DNA of 40,772 nt from Lentisphaeria bacterium (lineage in GTDB: Bacteria > Verrucomicrobiota > Lentisphaeria > JABSQK01 > JAWLHB01), in NCBI GenBank assembly GCA_041690595.1, contig JAWLHB010000060.1, positions 1-40,772 of the forward strand. Reading direction: 5' to 3'. The notes under the pieces were generated by a model. That model searched no databases, was not told where the DNA came from, and saw nothing but the letters and a program-made list of their open reading frames with translations. Positions 9,501 through 17,670 of this stretch are shown piece by piece. The first letter of the stretch is position 1. Each line of letters opens with the position of its first letter. The translations under genes were made by a program, and so were the position numbers.

Positions 9501-9664
9501 AGGGCGGTTTCTCGGAGTGGTCGAGCGGCTCGCTGACCTTTGGCAACACAGACAATCTCGAGCTGCCTTGGGCGGGACGGATCGAATGCGCGGCGGTGTA
9601 TGCGCGTGAATTCAGCGCCGCGGAGGCAGCCGAGCGCTTCCGCAAGTACAGCGGGGCTCGGTGA
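6578..9664 (+). CDS. Membrane-anchored Hanks-type Ser/Thr kinase with N-terminal Zn ribbon and C-terminal LamG/ConA-like domain
   Basis: CPTC…CPKC; GSGSMG, VAIK, HRDIKPSN, DVG and YMSPEQ motifs; TM WLLPLLAAVIGLGLIGAVVF; Pro-rich linker and helical region; LamG-like HLLLT…KLYVDG…W.GRI..AAVY. Alternative start GTG 6530. Confidence 0.9.
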   Translation: MEPKFRCPTCRSKMRADQQLSGQEVACPKCSTLVMVPKVSYSAGDVIAGFRLESWIGSGSMGEVYKARQLSMDREVAIKLLRPDMLEDAEHIDRFNSEVRTLAKLDHPNIVTAFEAGQYEHHYFLAMSFVNGYNLDECLLERERLEEHEVLSIAIKVARALAYAWNRFQILHRDIKPSNIMIDSDGEVKLTDVGIAMHVGEDLEATQSGFVVGTPFYMSPEQAGGKESLDFRADMFSLGSTMYHLMVGLPPYDGDTPMEIMLKVINEPAPDPRQFNPEISEAAAGIIRKMMAKQRDERYATWEEMIDAAQRVVSGEPAHPPKTGRSRKKKLKAQVPPISSSVPLEPPPRSATHWLLPLLAAVIGLGLIGAVVFQIVRSASDPAEVVPPAPRVERPVVQPPVERAIERPVPPPAVEKPERPLAAYSKAFDTAMRLADQSPTDYTANIERFEAVAREAAGTPVETRARRQIAEERKELEQMLEIRRKELRQEAQQLIERDGISEAIKWMTDYDGPLATELFGWRQEEIKRYRKLLQEAAQRERSTRVATQSKLDELVGRMANHLVAGNVADAQQEVATAADDPAFAPLLDEVKAMEELIGGIRNWQAVVLDTFRGQIGQEVQVRLKRSTEKVTIKEVESSRVKGLKVVDQGKLGVSFSLAELDYEELHRRLVHAEDPAARLALGLLSLRSREVDRAAELFNTMPAPLSLALLRALHAQEPEPVEAMAEKELKAVYGAAGLPAESTPIALYATLMENPPAKELRDRLREPVNAFLHAYDFTGIARGHRPILETLSARRSAADSWPFDRQGLVFIWGPGMNVLHDVTTGYWRQTQVEARGGAAMGENNALILPGGEGICEAKDAGELLLTACQRTNQLTVEVVLHLASVDVGSDSPDQRSTGAIAAFGGGRGSNFLIGQRGQQIGVRLDTDNDSGLFEHRTSAFKGTTEKPIHLLLTHRDGATKLYVDGRKMIDVQGWKGGFSEWSSGSLTFGNTDNLELPWAGRIECAAVYAREFSAAEAAERFRKYSGAR

Positions 9665-10924
9665 TCAACCCAGGAGGTTGTGCAGGAGCAGGAAGTAGTT
9701 CGGCGGCTCGGTCATCTGGCTGGTGAGCGTGGCGAACATGCCAAAGCTGAGGTAGGCGGAGCGGCCGTAACTGTGATCGATGGCCCCCACGGCGTAGTCC
9801 ACGTCTTCGGGGCGTATGAAGATCGTCTCCGGGTCGCGAGCTATAGCGGCTGCCTTGGCGGTGGCCATCACCAGCGGGAAGGTGACGAGCAGCGATTTCA
9901 GACCGCTGAAGAAGCTCAAGCCATAGTTGGCCGGTCCCATGAACTGATAAGCCTGGAGGCGGATCCGAAAGATCTCCATCCAGAGAGACCAGTCGACATC
10001 GCGTGCGTTGGCGACAGTGGTCGCAAAGAGCTGGCTGCGGTGAATGCGCATGTCGGGATGTTCTTTGCCGAGGGTATGGAGGTTGGCACTGCCGAAGTAG
10101 AGCCTCGTCATCTCGATGCTTCGTCTTATGCGCGCGAGGCCGCCGCGGCCAACGATCTCCTCGTCACGGCGCAGATAGGCGCTGAGCAGGGCAAGAAAGC
10201 GCCACTGTTCGGTTCGTCCAAGCCGGCGCAGCGGCTGATGTGCCATATCGAGCTTGATACGCTTGAAGAAGGATGGCCAGATGGCCTGCAGATCATTACC
10301 GTTGAGGAAGGAGCTGCCCATGGTCTCCATGCGGTCGATGGCCATCAAGGCCATGGCGATACGCGGAGCCTGCTCGGCCTCCTTGAAGTCGATGATGTAC
10401 TCGAAGAGTGCTCTGGAAATCTTCCGGGCGGTCTCCTCGGTAAGCCCATCGAGCACTTCAGCGTCAAAGCCGCCCTTGATCCCCATCTCGTCGATGAAGC
10501 CGCGGATGGCGGGCATGTCATCGGCGATACGCTTGCCGTCGTTGGCGCGAACGGCGGGGCAGTCCATGCGGCAGGTGACGGAGAATTTGCCTGGGAAGGT
10601 GGTGGTGATGGTGTACGGATAGGCGCGGCAGCCGATGGGCTTGGCCTCGTAACCATGCTTCGCGTGGATCTTGCAGAGATTGGTCGCTTCCTCGAGAAAG
10701 ATGCAGGAGCCATTCGCACGGCGATCGATATAGTCGTTGCCGCCAATGCGGGTGTACAGTTTGCGGGGGATGCCGTCTTCGGGCGTCCAGGCCAACTGGC
10801 TCAGGCGCTCCTGCTCGGCTTTGTCGACATAGACATGCCAACGCTGGGTGCAGCAGGCGCCGCACCCAGTACAGGAGTACTTCCAGGCGGGAACAGTCAC
10901 ATCTTCAGGTCGAGGTTTGGCCAT
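9665..10924 (-). CDS. YkgJ family cysteine-cluster protein (flagellin lysine N-methylase FliB-like)
   Basis: CTGCGACC…CIFL…CKIH…KPIGCRAYP…DCP cluster plus long helical C-terminus; start MAKPRPEDV. Confidence 0.75.
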   Translation of the reverse strand: MAKPRPEDVTVPAWKYSCTGCGACCTQRWHVYVDKAEQERLSQLAWTPEDGIPRKLYTRIGGNDYIDRRANGSCIFLEEATNLCKIHAKHGYEAKPIGCRAYPYTITTTFPGKFSVTCRMDCPAVRANDGKRIADDMPAIRGFIDEMGIKGGFDAEVLDGLTEETARKISRALFEYIIDFKEAEQAPRIAMALMAIDRMETMGSSFLNGNDLQAIWPSFFKRIKLDMAHQPLRRLGRTEQWRFLALLSAYLRRDEEIVGRGGLARIRRSIEMTRLYFGSANLHTLGKEHPDMRIHRSQLFATTVANARDVDWSLWMEIFRIRLQAYQFMGPANYGLSFFSGLKSLLVTFPLVMATAKAAAIARDPETIFIRPEDVDYAVGAIDHSYGRSAYLSFGMFATLTSQMTEPPNYFLLLHNLLG

Positions 10925-11042
10925 ATGCGGGTGCGATGGGGTGAGAGTCCGGGAAGGGCGCGGCAGTTGTACTAGGACGAACGACGCCCGCGATAGTTCC
11001 ATGGGTGGGGGCAACGCCGCCGGCGCTGACAGGCGAGTGCGG

Positions 11043-12050
11043 TCAACCGCGCTGGGCCTGAAGTTCGTCGATGAAGGCGAGGATGTTCTCCAGCGGCGCG
11101 TCGCCCTCGACGGCATGGGCGGGAGCGAAGATGTAGCTGCCCTGCCGGCCGAGCTCCAAGAGCTCGCGGGTTTCGGCGCGGACCTCCGACGGCGTTCCGT
11201 GGGGAAGCGTTCGCTGGGTGGATAGGCCGCCATGAAAGGCCAGCCGGCCACGGTAGCGCGGCAGCAGCTCATGGACATTCATGACTTCCGGCTGGAACGG
11301 ATTGAAGCAATCGAGGCCGATCTCGACCAGATCGTCAAAGAGCTCGTCGACGTCGCCGCAGGAGTGAATGAACTGGAACTTGCCGGCCTCCTTGGCGACG
11401 GCATACATGCGCGCCAGGCGAGGTTTCAGGAACTCTCTCCAGAGCCGCGGTCCCATGATCAAGCCCTGCTGCTGCCCCCAGTCGTCGCCAAAATAGATGG
11501 CGTCGATATCGAAGTCCCGCAATGCCTTGGTGGCGAGGGCGACGTTGAAGTCGGCAATGGCATCGAGGAGCTGATGCACGAAGCCGGGATGCTCGTAGAA
11601 GTCCATCATGAGCTTTTCCATGCCGCGCAAGGTCCAGGCGCGCTCGAAGAGGCTGAAGCCGATACAGAAGACACGGAAGGAGTCCGGATGGCGAGCGAGC
11701 TTGGCGGGAATGTCTTCGAAGAAGCGGGGATCGTGCGGGTCGGGGAAGGTATAATCGGCGAGGGTGGGCTCAGGAAGGACTTCGCCTTCGACCATGCCGA
11801 TATCCTTGTCGACAGCGCGATTCCAGCGGACGCCGAAGAAGTCACGGTAGAGGTCATTGCCCAGTGGCTCGTAGAAGCCGACGGGGTTGCTCAGCTGAAC
11901 GAGATGATTGTCAATGGCCCCGTCGATATCATCGGTGCCGAAATACTCGACCAGGGCAGCTCTGGGCTCTACGGTAAAATCGCAGTGCCATGGCACATAG
12001 GGCGGGCTTTCGCCACGAACGGCCATGGTGACAATGTCGCGTCTTGTCAT
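11043..12050 (-). CDS. Uroporphyrinogen decarboxylase / MtaA-CmuA methyltransferase fold protein
   Basis: FERAWTLRGME, FGDDWG.Q, FIHSCG, FHGGL and YIFAPAHAV motifs; GGAG RBS upstream of ATG 12050. Confidence 0.85.
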   Translation of the reverse strand: MTRRDIVTMAVRGESPPYVPWHCDFTVEPRAALVEYFGTDDIDGAIDNHLVQLSNPVGFYEPLGNDLYRDFFGVRWNRAVDKDIGMVEGEVLPEPTLADYTFPDPHDPRFFEDIPAKLARHPDSFRVFCIGFSLFERAWTLRGMEKLMMDFYEHPGFVHQLLDAIADFNVALATKALRDFDIDAIYFGDDWGQQQGLIMGPRLWREFLKPRLARMYAVAKEAGKFQFIHSCGDVDELFDDLVEIGLDCFNPFQPEVMNVHELLPRYRGRLAFHGGLSTQRTLPHGTPSEVRAETRELLELGRQGSYIFAPAHAVEGDAPLENILAFIDELQAQRG

Positions 12051-12093
12051 GATGCGTCTCCATGTTGCGGCAGCAGGCGATGGCTGGCCAACG

Positions 12094-13350
12094 TCAGTTG
12101 CGGGAGGTGGTGGGCGCCTGTTCGCAATCCGCATCGCCGCGGCTCTCATCGTCCGCGTCGCAGCAGGTGGTCTCCTCATCTTCCGGAGGAAGCTCTTCGT
12201 CCGGGCACACAGGCACGCCAAGTTCGTCAAGAATCGTCTTCACGACCATACTCGCGGCCTGGGGTGCGGCAAAGCCGCGAATGTGCTCAGCCAGCATGTC
12301 AAACTTGCCTGGTTCATAACACCAGCCGAGGAGGAGGTCGGCCAGATGCGCCGGCTTGAGCAGGCGCTCCTGGATGCTGATGGCGGCTTCCGCATCCATG
12401 AGCGTATCGGCGTTAGCCTGCTGATGATTGTCGAGCGCATCGGGATAGGGAACAAGGATGGCAGGCTTGCCGAAGAGCGCGAGTTCGAAAATGGTGGAGG
12501 CCCCGGCACGGCAGAGCACAAGATCGGCGGCTTGATACAGACGCTGCATCGCGCGTTCGCTCTTCTTGACCAGAGCCTTGACCGACATCTGCTTGTAAGC
12601 GAGGTCATAAGCATCGTTGTGCTTGCTGCCTGTAAGGTGAATCACCTGAAAATCGCGGCGATGCTGATCGAGCAGCGGGAGGGTTTCGGTCATGAGGCGA
12701 TTGATGAAGCGAGCGCCCTGGCTGCCGCCAAAGACAAGAAGGACCGGTTTATCCGGCAGCAGCCCCAGGCTCTTGCGCAGGACATCACGGTGCGCATCGC
12801 TCAGAGGTTGCCGCGCCGCCCTCCGCAGTTGCCCACGTACGGGCATGCCGACGACGACCTGGCGGGCGTGGGTGCTTTCACCGCCGCGCAACGGCAGCGA
12901 GAGAAAGATGATCCCGGCACGCTTACTGAGCCAGCGATTCGCCCGCCCCATCACCGCGTTGCCTTCGTGGATGAAAAGCGGCAGATGGAGGCTGCTTGCG
13001 GCGAGGGCCATGGGTACACTGGCAAAGCTTCCCATGCCAAGGGCCGCCGTGATGCCATGCTCGCGCAGGAGCGCCTTGTTGCGCTGGATGCACTGCAGCA
13101 TCCGTACCAGAGCCAGGGGCCATTTGAGCTTGTTGCCAGGAATCCGGACGGTCGGCGATGCCACGGCGGCAATGCCCAACTCCTGAGCGGTCAGGATCTT
13201 TTCGCTGGGGTCCTGCCCACCGATAAACAAGACGGGCGTGATGCCGCGACGCTTGAACTCCCGAGCAATGGAAAGTCCCGGGAGGAAGTGCCCTCCGGTG
13301 CCGCCGCAAGCAATACCTATCACGGGTCGATTCTTGTTCGTACTCTGCAT
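12094..13350 (-). CDS. murG: UDP-GlcNAc:lipid I N-acetylglucosaminyltransferase MurG
   Basis: GGTGGH, HEGN..G.AN, G.PVR, GGSQGA..IN, CRAGASTI.EL and LVPYP….HQ..NA motifs; extra acidic C-terminal tail. Confidence 0.9.
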   Translation of the reverse strand: MQSTNKNRPVIGIACGGTGGHFLPGLSIAREFKRRGITPVLFIGGQDPSEKILTAQELGIAAVASPTVRIPGNKLKWPLALVRMLQCIQRNKALLREHGITAALGMGSFASVPMALAASSLHLPLFIHEGNAVMGRANRWLSKRAGIIFLSLPLRGGESTHARQVVVGMPVRGQLRRAARQPLSDAHRDVLRKSLGLLPDKPVLLVFGGSQGARFINRLMTETLPLLDQHRRDFQVIHLTGSKHNDAYDLAYKQMSVKALVKKSERAMQRLYQAADLVLCRAGASTIFELALFGKPAILVPYPDALDNHQQANADTLMDAEAAISIQERLLKPAHLADLLLGWCYEPGKFDMLAEHIRGFAAPQAASMVVKTILDELGVPVCPDEELPPEDEETTCCDADDESRGDADCEQAPTTSRN

Positions 13351-13525
13351 ACAGTATCCCAAACGCCTTCCAGGAGCGGCAAGATGCAGGCACATGACGC
13401 TACGCCGCACTCCCCGCGGATCTTCCGCCGACCGCTCCTTGTTATACCCTGAACCACCACTTCCATGAAAGATAGCGGCAGGCTGCCAAATTGCGAGTCA
13501 TGAAGCGGATAATCGTCTCCAGCGG

Positions 13526-15985
13526 TCAAGGGGCAGAATCAAAGCTCCAGCCATCCTTACTCTGGCGGAGCAGCCAGGAATGGAGGCGGAAGGGGGCTAC
13601 GGTACCGAGCGGAAAGCGACGATCGCCCCAGGTGAATTCTCCGGTCAACGGTTGCGACGTGCGGTTTTGGAGGCGAATCTCCCAGCCGTCCTTGTCGTCG
13701 GCCGGGGTCATGGCGAGCAGCTCCAGACCGTCACTGAGCGCGGCAAGGGAGCCTCGGCGAGGCAGGCCCCCGGGACTGGGCCACGTGTGCAGCACAACGG
13801 GTGGCTGCGCCAAGATTGCGGCAATGCCGGTCAGCGCATCGACGTCGGCGGTAAGGCAGCAGCGGAAGCGGAGCAGGCCCGCATCGGTGGTTGGCCGCCA
13901 GGGCAATTCATGCGCCTCGTGCGTATCGGTGGTGGCAAAGCCGGAGGCGCGCGCGATGGAGGCACGAAGAGCGCCATCCTTGACATCGAAGCCATAGATG
14001 GCGTTGCTGGCGAAGCCGAAAGGGGTCGGCCCCATGCACTTCACCCAGCGTCCACCAGGCACTTCGCGTCCATCGCACGGGCGCTCGGCGACGGCACCGG
14101 GAACGTCGTAGATTGCCGATTCGGCGCCGCACGGCATGACCATCTTGAGGCGGGCGGCGCGCTCATTCCAGAGCAGCCGCGCTTCGATATCGACCACCTC
14201 CCTGCCACGATACAGGTGGACGGTAAGCTCGATCCAGGAGTTGCCCCCGGTAAGGCGGGTCCAGAGGGTGGCCCGTAGCGGCCCGGCATCGACAACCCGC
14301 GCGTCGCTTACGCGCCATTCATGGCGAACGTTCGACAGATCGAAGGAGGCAGGATCTTCCTGCATCTCTCCCCATGAACCGTAGGGATCCTCCACCGTGA
14401 TGAACGAGAGGCCGGGGGCACCCAGCAGCGGCTCCCCTGCCCGATCGATCTGGACACCATAGCCGCCAGGCCGGGCCGTGACGTCGAGAGAACCATTGCC
14501 AATCCGGCCTTGATCGCCGATGGCCGGCCCGGAGACGGACGGATTCTCGGCACCCTCGACATAGCCGACATCGTAGACGGCCCAGCCGAGTGCCGGAAGA
14601 TCGGCCTCGATGACCGTGCGTACGCGCCATGGATAGGTCGGCAGCATGCGGTTCTCAGGGTGTACACACTGATGCGCCACCGGCCGGCCATCCGGTCCGC
14701 GCACCTCGACGGGAAGCTCGTCGGGCCGATCCCGATAGGTAAAGATCGGGCGATAATCGAGATGCGTCTCGATCTCGATGGGGCCTCGCCAGCGGAAGGG
14801 GTGGGGATTGAAGAGCAGCCGGGGAACGCGGGCCGGCATGTCACCATCCGGAGCGGGAACGGTGGTGTCGACACGTTCAGCCAGGGCATTGAGGGCGGCC
14901 AGTTCGGTTTCCTGGGCGGTGAAGGCAACGCGCCCGAGCTGGGCCAGTTGCGCATCGATGGCGGATTCGATGCTGCTGCCGGGGAGGATGTCATGGAAGG
15001 CGTTGAAGAGCAGGTCGCGCCATGGCCCCTCCAACGGCGCCGGCTGCCGCGCCAGCGTGGCGGCAAGGGCGCTGTCGATGGTCTCCGCCTGCCCCAGAGC
15101 GGCTTCAGCGCGGCGGTAGGCAAACTTGAGATTGGCGCACGAGACGTAGCAGCCGCGAAGGCAGAAGTTGATCTCACCGCGATGCACGGGCAGAGCATCC
15201 TCTCCCATCGTCGCCAGATCCTCGCGCATGGCGTCGAATACCCGATGCATGCCGGAGAAGGTGACAGTGACCTCGGGATGCGCCTGGCGCCAGCTCATCA
15301 CCGCTTCGATCTGAGCGCGCGAGCTTCCGCCGCCATGATTGCCGAGGCCGAAGAAGAAGGGGATGTGCCGGATCCCCCAGTCACCCGCGGCGGCCAGATA
15401 CTGGTCGAGCAGCTCACCAACTCCCGTGCGTTCGGAGCCATACCACCCAATGGGAATGCGCCAGGCAAGGAGGCGCGACCCACCGGGGCCTTCCCACCAG
15501 AAGAGGGGCTTGCCAATGGGCGCCAAGGCTTCGGATGGTCGGCTGAAGGCGATCCCCGTCATGCCCGCGGCGGCATAAATCTCCGGGAGACCGGCACTGT
15601 GCCCGAAGGAGTCGGCGGTCCAGACGATGCGAGGACGCTGCCGCAGATTTTCCTGGAACCATCGCAGACCGATGCGGAATTGGCGCAGAAAACTTTCGGT
15701 TGCCGGCATATTTGTGTCGGGCTGCAGCCAGGACCCGCCAACCACATCCCAGCGCCCATCGGCGATGCGTTGGCAAATGCGCTCGAAGGTGGCTGGATCG
15801 TGGCGACGAATGTGGTCATAGATGACGGCTTCGCCGCGAATGAAGCTCAAATCTTCATACTCATCCATCAGATCGAGCATGGTGCGACACGTGACAATGC
15901 CTTCATTCAACCCTTCCCGCCAATCCCATAACCAGACCGGATCGAGATGCGCATTGGGCAGCAGATGGAATGTCAGATCCGGCAT
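13526..15985 (-). CDS. Glycoside hydrolase family 38 alpha-mannosidase
   Basis: NAHLDPVWLW, VGGSWLQPDTNMP..ES, DSFGH nucleophile motif, GNHGGG and FHDILPGSSI; GAAAGGA RBS before ATG 15985. Confidence 0.92.
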   Translation of the reverse strand: MPDLTFHLLPNAHLDPVWLWDWREGLNEGIVTCRTMLDLMDEYEDLSFIRGEAVIYDHIRRHDPATFERICQRIADGRWDVVGGSWLQPDTNMPATESFLRQFRIGLRWFQENLRQRPRIVWTADSFGHSAGLPEIYAAAGMTGIAFSRPSEALAPIGKPLFWWEGPGGSRLLAWRIPIGWYGSERTGVGELLDQYLAAAGDWGIRHIPFFFGLGNHGGGSSRAQIEAVMSWRQAHPEVTVTFSGMHRVFDAMREDLATMGEDALPVHRGEINFCLRGCYVSCANLKFAYRRAEAALGQAETIDSALAATLARQPAPLEGPWRDLLFNAFHDILPGSSIESAIDAQLAQLGRVAFTAQETELAALNALAERVDTTVPAPDGDMPARVPRLLFNPHPFRWRGPIEIETHLDYRPIFTYRDRPDELPVEVRGPDGRPVAHQCVHPENRMLPTYPWRVRTVIEADLPALGWAVYDVGYVEGAENPSVSGPAIGDQGRIGNGSLDVTARPGGYGVQIDRAGEPLLGAPGLSFITVEDPYGSWGEMQEDPASFDLSNVRHEWRVSDARVVDAGPLRATLWTRLTGGNSWIELTVHLYRGREVVDIEARLLWNERAARLKMVMPCGAESAIYDVPGAVAERPCDGREVPGGRWVKCMGPTPFGFASNAIYGFDVKDGALRASIARASGFATTDTHEAHELPWRPTTDAGLLRFRCCLTADVDALTGIAAILAQPPVVLHTWPSPGGLPRRGSLAALSDGLELLAMTPADDKDGWEIRLQNRTSQPLTGEFTWGDRRFPLGTVAPFRLHSWLLRQSKDGWSFDSAP

Positions 15986-16098
15986 TTGAAGCATCCTTTC
16001 CACAAGAGGAGTTGGCATTCGAGGGCGAGAGATTGTATCAATACCACAGAAGCCACTGTTTTGCCATATGCCACCAGATGATTCCAGGAGTCCCAGCC

Positions 16099-17652
16099 AT
16101 GACCGTCCCCGAGTACCGTTTCGACAACCGCCCGCTGCGCGACTGGCTGCTGGAGCTTGTGGATGAGAATACCGACGTGCGGCGTGATGCCGGTGTGGCG
16201 CTCGCTGCCATGCAGTTTGGCTTGACGTCTTCCGACGAAGATTTCGAGAACGTGCAGATGGATCTGGATGCACCCGAGGAATTTGCCGCGGCCATTCGCG
16301 CGGTAGCCGCGGAGCCGGATTTCCCCAGGGAGGAGTGGATCGGCAAACTGGTTGCCTACATGCGCGATGTCCAGCAGGACTGGATGACCTTCGCGGCCGA
16401 GCATTGGCAACAGCGCCAACTGGAGGAAGAAGACGAGGGGCTCCTGCACTTTCCCACGGATGTCGGCCTGTCAAAGGATGAACGTGCCGAGGCGCGCCGT
16501 TACGAAGCACTGCGCGAGATGGCCTTTGAACAGGAGACGCCGGACTTGGAGCATGAGGCGCTTACCTTTGCCCACGTCATGGCACGAACCGTTTTTCAGG
16601 CACTCGACGATGTCCTGCTCGAAAACGAAAAAGCCTTACGGTCGATGCTGCAGTGGGCAGAAGGTGCCACGGAGGCGCTGAACGCCCTGGCGCGGATCGG
16701 GCCGGAGGCCGCCGATTTCGTCCCCGAGTTGATGGAACGGTTGGATAATCCCGAAGGCGGGCTCGATCTTGCGCTCGCCGAAGCGCTGGCCGCCATCTGC
16801 GGTGATGATCCCGAGCTGATCCACGCGCTCCTCGACCGGCTCCATGCGCCGCATCCTCAGGTGCGCCAGACTGCCGCCGCCACGCTCGGCTTCATGGAGC
16901 CCGCGGCGGATGCGGAGATCCCCCGCATCACCGAAGCACTGCTCAAGGCGACTCATGACGAGGACGAGGACGTGATGTCGGAAGCCATCTGGGCACTGGG
17001 AAGCGTCGCCGCGCCCGATGAGCGCATCCATGCCCGCGTCTATGCCCTGTCGCAGCATCCCTCTGCATGGGTCCAGGCGGCCTCCATCGATGTTCTGGGC
17101 GACTTGGCCATGAAGCCTGAACAAACCGTGCCTCGCCTCATCGATGCGCTCGATACCTTCGAAGAGCCGGACGACGACATGGAAGACTATGAGCGCGTCT
17201 GCAATGCCCTCATGCAATTCCCGCCGGAACTGATCGCCGCCCAGGGACTCCCCCTGTTGATCGACCTGCTCTGGGATGAGGACGAATATCTCTCCCTCGA
17301 TATCGTCGACCTGCTCGGCTACCTCGGACCTCTGGCCAAAGAGGCACTCCCGGAACTCCTCGCCGCCGAAGGTTGGCTCACCGCCGCCGCGGATTTCCTA
17401 GAGGACGAAGAGGACATTGACGAGGAAGAGATCGAAGGCCTTGACGAGGATGTCGCGTTTGACTGGGTGGAAGACGACGACGACTGGATAGAGGACGAAG
17501 AGGATGAGGGCGAAGACTGGATAGAAGACGAAGACGAAGACGAAGACGTTGGAGAAGAAGCAGTAGCGGAAGAGGAATGGGACGAGGACGACTCGCTACA
17601 GAGGACCCGCGCCGCCATTGCCAGGATCGAGGGCTGGCCCGAAAACCCGTGA
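16099..17652 (+). CDS. HEAT/PBS-lyase repeat protein with very acidic C-terminal tract
   Basis: Repeats such as VRQTAAATLG, VMSEAIWALG, VQAASIDVLG and LGYLGPLAKEALPEL; AGGAG RBS; Asp/Glu tract at about 17400-17590. Confidence 0.8.
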   Translation: MTVPEYRFDNRPLRDWLLELVDENTDVRRDAGVALAAMQFGLTSSDEDFENVQMDLDAPEEFAAAIRAVAAEPDFPREEWIGKLVAYMRDVQQDWMTFAAEHWQQRQLEEEDEGLLHFPTDVGLSKDERAEARRYEALREMAFEQETPDLEHEALTFAHVMARTVFQALDDVLLENEKALRSMLQWAEGATEALNALARIGPEAADFVPELMERLDNPEGGLDLALAEALAAICGDDPELIHALLDRLHAPHPQVRQTAAATLGFMEPAADAEIPRITEALLKATHDEDEDVMSEAIWALGSVAAPDERIHARVYALSQHPSAWVQAASIDVLGDLAMKPEQTVPRLIDALDTFEEPDDDMEDYERVCNALMQFPPELIAAQGLPLLIDLLWDEDEYLSLDIVDLLGYLGPLAKEALPELLAAEGWLTAAADFLEDEEDIDEEEIEGLDEDVAFDWVEDDDDWIEDEEDEGEDWIEDEDEDEDVGEEAVAEEEWDEDDSLQRTRAAIARIEGWPENP

Positions 17653-17670
17653 TCCGCCGCGCCTGAAGCT

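Noticed and set aside
11043..12050. hemE assignment
   Set aside because: Lacks the N-terminal RQAGR motif of true uroporphyrinogen decarboxylase; no hem gene context.
16051..16066. Possible sigma54 promoter for GH38 (minus strand TGGCAAAACAGTGGCT)
   Set aside because: GG-N10-GC spacing is present but the -12 box is poor and no enhancer was seen; too weak to call.
15986..16510. N-terminal extension of the GH38 ORF (likewise the extensions of ORFs starting at 4987, 11278, 12230, 21067, 21828, 24994 and 32813)
   Set aside because: They overlap neighbouring genes or precede the recognisable domain; downstream starts, mostly with an RBS, fit the family N-termini.
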